A stretch of DNA of 64,000 nucleotides from contig JAHPZA010000006.1 in NCBI GenBank assembly GCA_019058445.1, forward strand, positions 1,132,943 to 1,196,942, in the 5' to 3' direction. Numbering within the stretch: position 1 is the stretch's first letter; each line of letters opens with the position of its first letter. A model generated the notes under the pieces. The model had not been told where the DNA came from, did no database searches, and saw only the letters and a program-made list of their open reading frames with translations. Source of the stretch: Promethearchaeota archaeon (GTDB lineage Archaea; Asgardarchaeota; Lokiarchaeia; Sigyniarchaeales; SOKP01). Positions 1 to 7,165 of this stretch are shown here, piece by piece. The position numbers were made by a program, and so were the translations under genes.

Positions 1-1
1 A

Positions 2-1996
2 TGCTCCTACTATAGTTCCATCGACTTTTACAGTAATAGAATCAATTCCACTTTCAGGATCAGAAACACTGACCGTCCACATACCGGGGCTTCCATCTGA
101 AGCATCCCCTGTATAGATTATAGATATGATGGGACCTGATATATCGTCGTCAATTACTGAAAATTGTATTGATTGGGAAGTAAATAATTGATCGCCTGGT
201 CGATCTAAGTCGTCATCCATTACTAATATCAACACAGAGTGTTCGCCAAGTACCCCTGGATTTGGTATTGATATTTCAAAGTGGCCGTTTTTTGCGATAC
301 CATAATAAAAATTACCGTTGAAAAAAGCATTAATACCACCAATTCCTGAATCGTCGGTAGCAGTTACTTTAATTATGAGTTGTGCTTGACTGTCGGGTAT
401 AATTGAATCATATAAGATTTCTTGAATAAGAGGAGGAGATACATCGTCATCTATTGCTTCAAATGAGATTGATGTGGTGGTGATTAGTTGATCACCTGAT
501 CTATCTTTATCATTATCCACTACTGTAATATAAGCGATATGAGATCCCAGAACACCGGGATTGGGGAGATTTAAATCATAATAGCCATTAGAATATGACG
601 CATAATATCTGGAACCACTAAAATCGGCATAGATCTCATCAATTCCGGATTGATCGCTTACTGATAATCTTACCGGAAAAATAGATTCTCCGTCCGTTGG
701 TGTCGAATCGTAAATTATTTGTTGTATAACCGGAGATGAAGTATCATCATCAACAATATATTTAGATACTGTTTTTGTTGATGATTCTTGATCATTTGAT
801 CGATCATTATCCTTATCCACTGCTATAAAAGTATAAGAGTGCGAACCTAATTGATTTGGTACATACCACTTAGAAGCGCTAGTAAAATAGCATCCCGAAG
901 GATCATATGCAGAAGCTTGAAAATATCCTGGATTTCCATCAGTGCCATCACCATAATAAGATATAGAAATAGAAGGTCCAGAAGTATCATCATCAACAAT
1001 AGTTTTAGATACTGTTCTTGTTGATGATGATTGATCGTTTGGTCGATCGTTATCATAATCTAATGCTCTAAAAGTATAAGAATACAAACCTAACTCATTT
1101 GATAAGTACACCTTAGAAGCGCTGGTAAAATAGCATCCCGAAGGATCATATGCAGAAGCTTGAAAATAGCCTGGATTCCCATCAGTGCCATCACCATAAT
1201 AAGATGTAGAAATAGAGGGTCCAGAAGTATCATCATCCACCAAGTGTGTATAGTATAATTTTGAGGTGCTTTCTGCAACGGGAAAGACTAGATAAATATT
1301 TATATGGGTAGCTTTTATCTTTACATCTAAATTATTTTCTTTAGAACCTGTTAAAATATTATAATATAATGTGTGATATGTAGAATCATCATCGGCCCAG
1401 TCATCATCTTTTAAAGAAACATCATCATGTTTTACCTTAGTAAAGGATCCCGAGGAAGAGTACCATTTACCACTGGAATAATAAGAACGGAAGTAAATGT
1501 CTATATCAGTTACTTCATACCAAATAAAGAGAGCTGATTTAATTCTTATTTGAACTCTTAAATGCAATCTCTCATCCGAAGATTCAAGAGCAGTGGCACT
1601 AGAGATCGCTACGCTTTCGTGATATAACTGCTCAGCTAAATTCTTTAAATCCGAATCATTTAACGATCCGTTATAGCTACCCCATACCATAATTGTTACT
1701 AAATGAAGATTGTGTTGAAAATTTTCGTCATTAACTAATGAAACATCTAATTCTTCTTCAGTTTTATTATAGTATTGTAAAATAACATATTGACGCCATT
1801 CAGAATATCCCCAATTATCTGGATTATTCATATCTACGATATTATCATTATTATTATTCTTGTCGTTGTTTGAATCCTTTTCTTCGTTTTTTCCAGTTAA
1901 TTCATTATTATCAGTGATGAATTGAATTGGTATAACGCTTATAATAATTGCAGAGATTAAAATGGTTGCTATATATTGGTTTTTAAATTTTTTCAT
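2..1996 (-). CDS. Large secreted/surface protein with tandem Asp-rich Ig/cadherin-like repeats (3' end runs off the window)
   Basis: Absent from the ORF track because it has no stop in the window. Manual translation from ATG 1996 is open to the window edge: MKKFKNQYIATILISAIIISVIPIQF (signal peptide/N-anchor), then repeats starting (V/I)DDDxSxPxI at 1237, 994, 751, 451 and 151; the four complete repeats contain DxDxDRxxDQ. Confidence 0.9.
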   Translation of the reverse strand, partial: MKKFKNQYIATILISAIIISVIPIQFITDNNELTGKNEEKDSNNDKNNNNDNIVDMNNPDNWGYSEWRQYVILQYYNKTEEELDVSLVNDENFQHNLHLVTIMVWGSYNGSLNDSDLKNLAEQLYHESVAISSATALESSDERLHLRVQIRIKSALFIWYEVTDIDIYFRSYYSSGKWYSSSGSFTKVKHDDVSLKDDDWADDDSTYHTLYYNILTGSKENNLDVKIKATHINIYLVFPVAESTSKLYYTHLVDDDTSGPSISTSYYGDGTDGNPGYFQASAYDPSGCYFTSASKVYLSNELGLYSYTFRALDYDNDRPNDQSSSTRTVSKTIVDDDTSGPSISISYYGDGTDGNPGYFQASAYDPSGCYFTSASKWYVPNQLGSHSYTFIAVDKDNDRSNDQESSTKTVSKYIVDDDTSSPVIQQIIYDSTPTDGESIFPVRLSVSDQSGIDEIYADFSGSRYYASYSNGYYDLNLPNPGVLGSHIAYITVVDNDKDRSGDQLITTTSISFEAIDDDVSPPLIQEILYDSIIPDSQAQLIIKVTATDDSGIGGINAFFNGNFYYGIAKNGHFEISIPNPGVLGEHSVLILVMDDDLDRPGDQLFTSQSIQFSVIDDDISGPIISIIYTGDASDGSPGMWTVSVSDPESGIDSITVKVDGTIVGA
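752..1237 (-). repeat. Two near-identical 243-bp (81-aa) intragenic tandem repeats, followed by two diverged 300-bp (100-aa) units (152-751)
   Basis: gaagtatcatcatc recurs at 1224, 981 and 738 (period 243). DDD codons start at 751, 451 and 151 (period 300). Confidence 0.9.
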
Positions 1997-2232
1997 CTAA
2001 CTTTCACCTAGTTTTAGCATGTTGAATTTTTTAATTAGATTTATCCTCATTGGATTTGATTAATATTTACTTTTTTGTCCTATATAAATCTTTATTTTAT
2101 ACAAAAATGAAAATGTTAGAGTTTTGGATATTTTCTAATTAAATCTGAAAAGAAACAATTGTAAAATTGAAAGGGAAAAATATAGTTTAGTAATTAGGAA
2201 TGATAGAGGGAGATAAGATGGCAATTAGAGAT

Positions 2233-2370
2233 TTAGCATTTAGGAATGAAATTATAAATTCTGACTCGGAATTTACTTAACATACTGTCATTCAGTAGCA
2301 AAGGAAAATCAAAATCAAAAACGATTGCTTTGATGTTTTCAAATACTTCAGCCTTATGAGTTTCTCCCAT
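2233..2370 (-). pseudogene. Probable 5' stub of a HAD-family hydrolase gene
   Basis: Translates MGETHKAEVFENIKAIVFDFD|FPLLL...KC* (45 aa). IKAIVFDFD matches the HAD motif I start (IKAVIFDxDGTL), and similarity is lost immediately after the DxD. Confidence 0.5.
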
Positions 2371-2457
2371 ATTTTTTAGGTAAAGTAATAAAATAAATAA
2401 ACAATTTCATTTTTTATAAGTTTATATATAAAATAATATGGAATCGAGGAGAGTTAT

Positions 2458-3228
2458 GTGAGAAAGCCAATTATCGGAGGGAATTGGAAAATGAACCGGG
2501 GAACTCCGGCAGAAACCAAAGAAATGTTAAAGAAATTACTTCCATTGGTGAAGAAAATCACGAATGTCGATATTGTTATTGCTCCCCCTTTTACTGCTTT
2601 AATTTCTGCGATAGATCTAGTTAAAAAGAGTAATATTAGGATTGGGGCCCAAAACATGTATTTCGAGGAGAAAGGTGCATTTACGGGTGAGGTTTCTCCA
2701 AAGTTTTTAAAAGATATCGGGGTTACTTATGTAATTTTAGGGCATAGTGAAAGGAGAAATATTTTCAAGGAATCGGATGAGTTAGTTAATCAGAAGCTAA
2801 AAAAAGCATTAGCTATGAAGATAAATCCCATCGTATGTATAGGAGAACATTTAGAAGAACGTGAAGCCGGGAAAACAAAGGAAATTATCCAAAATCAAAT
2901 TGATAAGACGTTTAAGGACCTTACCAAAGAAGAAATAATTAAAACAGTAATAGCATATGAGCCAATTTGGGCGATAGGTACTGGAAAAACTGCCACACCG
3001 GAGCAAGCAGAAGAGATTCATGTATTTATTCGAGAAATCTTAGCTTCGAAATTTGATAAACAAACATCAGAGTTAGTAAGAATTCAATATGGAGGATCCA
3101 TCAAACCAACAAATGCCAAAGAGTTGTTTGAAAAAGAGAATATAGATGGGGGATTAGTTGGAGGTGCTTCTCTCGAGGCAGATTCACTACTTGACATAAT
3201 TAAGGCTGCTGATGAGACAACAATATAA
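2458..3228 (+). CDS. tpiA: Triosephosphate isomerase (bacterial/eukaryotic long type)
   Basis: GGNWKMN, GAFTGEVS, ILGHSERR, AYEPIWAIGTG, YGGS and GGLVGGASL motifs; 256 aa. Confidence 0.97.
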   Translation: MRKPIIGGNWKMNRGTPAETKEMLKKLLPLVKKITNVDIVIAPPFTALISAIDLVKKSNIRIGAQNMYFEEKGAFTGEVSPKFLKDIGVTYVILGHSERRNIFKESDELVNQKLKKALAMKINPIVCIGEHLEEREAGKTKEIIQNQIDKTFKDLTKEEIIKTVIAYEPIWAIGTGKTATPEQAEEIHVFIREILASKFDKQTSELVRIQYGGSIKPTNAKELFEKENIDGGLVGGASLEADSLLDIIKAADETTI

Positions 3229-3253
3229 AATTAATTTAAAAAGCAGTTATTAA

Positions 3254-4123
3254 TTACCCAATTATCCCATTGAATTTTACAGTAAGTTTTCCAGGGAAAT
3301 CTCCAAAATAAGATTCAGAAGCAGCAAATAAGAGATAAAAGTATGGTTGAAATATACCTTCTACCGTGACTCCAACTCCACTATTAATAATATAGACCCA
3401 CACTTGGCTCTCTTTATAGAAACTCTGCCGGAATTTCCATTCCATGGGATCAATATCAGGGACTTCTCCTAAATTTCTAAGTATTCCCTCGATATCTTCT
3501 ACTGTAAATTTACTTCCTAGTACGATCAATGGAGAGAGATCAAATGAGGTTATCACAATATTATAAAGGCCATAAGTACCCATCTCATTTAATAATGTAC
3601 TTGATAGTTGTTTTAATTCATCTTGATTTTTTAAAATACGATTTTTAGCTTTAAGATCAGTCAATATTTCAGTAATTTTTTGTTCTTCTTCACTGGAAAT
3701 AGAATATGCAGTTTCGAGAGGGATTTTTGGCGAAATTATTGTATTGTAGATAAGATTAATTTTTTGTTTCACTGATTTATGGAGTAAGTAAGTTTCAGTT
3801 TGCATGGTTATTAAGGCATCACCTGCATACTTTTTTGCACCTTGAGAGTCCTGTTGGGATTGATTTTGCTTTGTAATTGATTTAAACTCGAGTGTAAGAA
3901 TTTTTTTATCAATATTTTTAGCAAATTCAAACAGCGCTGACACTAGACCTGCATTTAATTCGAAGGAACTTGTTGGATCTAACAGATCATGGTCTCTATA
4001 ACGCTCTTCTGTGAAGTCGTAAAATCTTTGATATAATTTAATTCCCTCTGGCAAATTCTTAAGTTTTTTATGAAAGTACGGAAACCCCGTGGATGTGATA
4101 ATAGATATGTTATAAATGGTCAT
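3254..4123 (-). CDS. Hypothetical protein, possibly tandem longin-like domains
   Basis: Likely start ATG 4123 (MTIYNISIITSTGFPYF, resembling a longin beta1-beta2 start). A second similar segment is GLYNIVITSFDLSPL; LNAGLVSALFEFAKNI resembles the longin helix. Confidence 0.55.
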   Translation of the reverse strand: MTIYNISIITSTGFPYFHKKLKNLPEGIKLYQRFYDFTEERYRDHDLLDPTSSFELNAGLVSALFEFAKNIDKKILTLEFKSITKQNQSQQDSQGAKKYAGDALITMQTETYLLHKSVKQKINLIYNTIISPKIPLETAYSISSEEEQKITEILTDLKAKNRILKNQDELKQLSSTLLNEMGTYGLYNIVITSFDLSPLIVLGSKFTVEDIEGILRNLGEVPDIDPMEWKFRQSFYKESQVWVYIINSGVGVTVEGIFQPYFYLLFAASESYFGDFPGKLTVKFNGIIG

Positions 4124-4341
4124 AAATTGAATTGTTTCGTAATATATTTTCCTTGTTAGAGGGAATATAACATTAAGTTTTATTATAAATATAATCAAAA
4201 TAGTTATATTTAAAACAATTCAATATAGTTCATTTTACTACTATAGAATTTTGACAAATAAATAAAAGGAAGGTTCAATTAATTTTGCTACAATGTAAAG
4301 TTTTTATTTGTTTTATTTGCATATAAAAAAGAAGAAAATGT

Positions 4342-4824
4342 ATGGAGCCAAAAATATCTATTAATGTAAGATTTGCTGAGCAAAAGGATTTGGATGTCTG
4401 TATGAAATATGACTACAAATATCTTACTGAATCTGTGCTAAAGAGAAAGATTGAAGAAAAACTTGTGATAATTGCTGAAGTTAATAAAAAATATGTTGGA
4501 TATTTACGTATATCTTACATATGGTTGATTATACCCTATTTAGACATTATCCATGTAGAGGAAAAGTATAGGAGGAAAGGTATAGGAATTAAAATGATTG
4601 AATTCTTGGAAGAATATTTGAGAAGAGAAGGACACAGAGTTTTGTATAGTTCTTCTCAGGCAAATGAGCCGGATCCCCAAGCTTGGCATAGAAGAATAGG
4701 ATTTGAAGAATGTGGATACATTGCTGGCATAAATCACCCTGTGGAAAACTTCCATGCTAATTCAGAAACAGAATATGTAGGAAAGGCAGGAATAGGAGAG
4801 ATATTTTTCCGAAAGGTATTATAA
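4342..4824 (+). CDS. GNAT-family N-acetyltransferase
   Basis: Acetyl-CoA-binding motif IHVEEKYRRKGIG; C-terminal WHRRIGFEECG. Confidence 0.9.
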   Translation: MEPKISINVRFAEQKDLDVCMKYDYKYLTESVLKRKIEEKLVIIAEVNKKYVGYLRISYIWLIIPYLDIIHVEEKYRRKGIGIKMIEFLEEYLRREGHRVLYSSSQANEPDPQAWHRRIGFEECGYIAGINHPVENFHANSETEYVGKAGIGEIFFRKVL

Positions 4825-4841
4825 ATTTATTAGAGTATAGT

Positions 4842-5534
4842 TCATATGTTGCTATTATTGATTATAGCATCTATAAAACCTGTCATTAATGGATGCGGAT
4901 TACTATTGGTTGATTGTACTTGTGGAACATAAAGAGTTCCGATGAAAAAAGGATGCTCGGGATACTCAAAAACTCGGATCTCCCCTTCATAATCTGAACC
5001 TACAATGTTAAATGGACCGCTTTTTAAAATATTGATATATTCATGGTTTACCCCATAATTGCAATAATATTTTTCAATAATTTGAGTTTTACCATAGAGA
5101 ACTGCAACTTTTGAACCCGGAACCAAATTAAGCTCCATATTCCGCCCTTTTAAGGAACATTTGAGTTTAGTAATAAACAATTCCGGAACATTTTGGTTAT
5201 ATTCTTCGTGCTCAGCATTTTTAAACCCGAGAATATTTCGGGCGTACTCTATAATCATATGTTGAAAACCACCGCATGTTCCTAAACAAGGTATATTTTT
5301 TTCTCTAGCATATTGAATTACATCGATAACATTTTCCATGTTCTTATAAGGACTACCCGGTGCAATTAAAAAACCATCGAAATGGTCAAATATTTCTTTT
5401 GTAATCGTCTGGGTATCAATCCAATATGAATCCAAATCACATTGAAGCAGGTTTTTTGAATGTTGTATTGCATTATTAGTCCCTAAATGAGTTTCTGAAT
5501 TTGGATTAAAGTCACCAATAATTGATAATTTCAT
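4842..5534 (-). CDS. Stand-alone CTP-synthase-like class I glutamine amidotransferase
   Basis: PGSPY, nucleophile LGTCGGFQH and HPFFIGTLYVPQ; no synthetase domain. Confidence 0.85.
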   Translation of the reverse strand: MKLSIIGDFNPNSETHLGTNNAIQHSKNLLQCDLDSYWIDTQTITKEIFDHFDGFLIAPGSPYKNMENVIDVIQYAREKNIPCLGTCGGFQHMIIEYARNILGFKNAEHEEYNQNVPELFITKLKCSLKGRNMELNLVPGSKVAVLYGKTQIIEKYYCNYGVNHEYINILKSGPFNIVGSDYEGEIRVFEYPEHPFFIGTLYVPQVQSTNSNPHPLMTGFIDAIINNSNI

Positions 5535-5660
5535 ATTCTATTCATTTCAATATTCAATTTATAAAATAATTTTTTAGAGTATTAATATTATTAAAAAAGC
5601 ATATAAAAAGCTATAATTTAAAAATAAGTGATATTGCCAAATAATTTAAATTATGTTTTT

Positions 5661-5978
5661 CTAAATTGTAATAACTGCTGGTCTTCTAGATAGAGCGTGA
5701 ATTGCCTTTTTTTCTTTTGAATCTTTTTTATCCATAACTTCAATATCACATTGGTATTTTTTTTCTAGAATTGGTTTAATTTCTTGAAAGAACTGGGACT
5801 CTTCTTTAGAAGAAAGTGATATTTTAGAGTATTTCCCCACACTTTTTAGGATCTTGGCTGTAATTTGAGTAATATTTTTACCATGAGGTTTTAGATCGCT
5901 CTATTTCATGATCTTTTTCAATATTTCTCCCTGATTTCTTGTTTTATCTAGCAACGTCATTAATATACTATAGAATTT
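5661..5978 (-). pseudogene. Diverged, disabled copy of the last 105 codons of leuS
   Basis: Colinear without indels with 7166-7483 (offset 1505). Translation KFYSILMTLLDKTRNQGEILKKIMK*SDLKPHGK...RRPAVITI*; about 80/105 aa identical by hand count; internal TAG at 5901-5903; truncated at the 5' end. Confidence 0.95.
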
Positions 5979-6227
5979 TCCAACTAAAAATCAGGAATTT
6001 TTAGATAATCTCTTGATTATTGTTTCAGAATTTATTAACGAGAAGAGCCCTATTTTATATGACGATATAATTAATTTTGTTAAGCCAAAAAAGCTTATTG
6101 GTGAAAGATATACGAATTTAATAATCTAGTGTAATTTTATGAATAGGAACAGTGAATCATTTATTAAATAAAAAAATTTAGTTAAAATTTAAAATAGAAA
6201 TCCATCTATGAATTTATGTAATAAATT

Positions 6228-6905
6228 CTAACTAAATTTCTCTACTTTTACAAGATAAATTCCCAAATCTAATACCCATGCTATAAATGCAATAATTGCC
6301 AGCCACTCTGTAAATTTTGCCAATTCATAATTTGGTCCAGGATAAAAAATACCATAGAAGAGTCCTGGAAAGAATACACTCCAAAAAAACACTAAAAATA
6401 TGATAAAGAATGGCGCAACAATAAAACCAGTAATTCCTTGCAACTTTGAGAGCTTTTTGTTTTGTATCATTGAAATGCTAAATAAAATACACGTTATTAT
6501 TGTAATGAAAAAAAAAACCATAGCACCTATCCAATGAACATAAAGATATAATTTATAATCTGCAATTACGGCTATTATTATTCCACTTGCTCCAATCATA
6601 GAAGATATAAATGCAATTATTGTAATTAGGTCTTTCTTACCAGATTCCTCTCGTAAAAATTGATATAAATATATAAAAAAAGGGATGGCTAAAATGATGC
6701 AAAATGTAAAACCAATAACAAAAACGATATTTGCTCCATTTGGTCCTTGTTGTAAATTACTTACAAATAAGGTAAATAAGGTAAATGGTTCTGTTAGGGT
6801 TTGTAAAATGGAAGCAATAAGTAAAGTAATTAACCCAATAATTGCAGATATAATCCCAAAATATCCTCCATGAACTTTTTTAAAAATTTGGTGGATTATT
6901 TTCAT
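6228..6905 (-). CDS. Polytopic membrane protein, DUF998/Frag1-DRAM-Sfk1-like
   Basis: About 6 hydrophobic helices; VSNL..GP, VHWIGAMVFF and EWLAI motifs. Confidence 0.7.
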   Translation of the reverse strand: MKIIHQIFKKVHGGYFGIISAIIGLITLLIASILQTLTEPFTLFTLFVSNLQQGPNGANIVFVIGFTFCIILAIPFFIYLYQFLREESGKKDLITIIAFISSMIGASGIIIAVIADYKLYLYVHWIGAMVFFFITIITCILFSISMIQNKKLSKLQGITGFIVAPFFIIFLVFFWSVFFPGLFYGIFYPGPNYELAKFTEWLAIIAFIAWVLDLGIYLVKVEKFS

Positions 6906-7165
6906 TTTTATATTTTTTTTTTAATTAGGTGTACCTAATATGAAAAAAATAATCTTCATTTTTAAGTTTTTTTCTTTACATTATTTTTGATAATTGATGG
7001 AGATTATATTTTTAAATAATTTAATCTTAGATATTGGATTAGAAATCTAATATTATTCTTGCTTTTATAGAAAAAAGCTTTATATAAAAGAATAAACTTC
7101 AATTAATTAGGTATAACTAAATTTAATTTAATTTAAAAAAATAATTACATTAACATGTTATTTTT

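Noticed and set aside
847-1278. Two similar short minus-strand ORFs (69 and 62 aa) in the ORF track
   Set aside because: They are alternative-frame shadows of the 243-bp repeats inside the large surface-protein gene.
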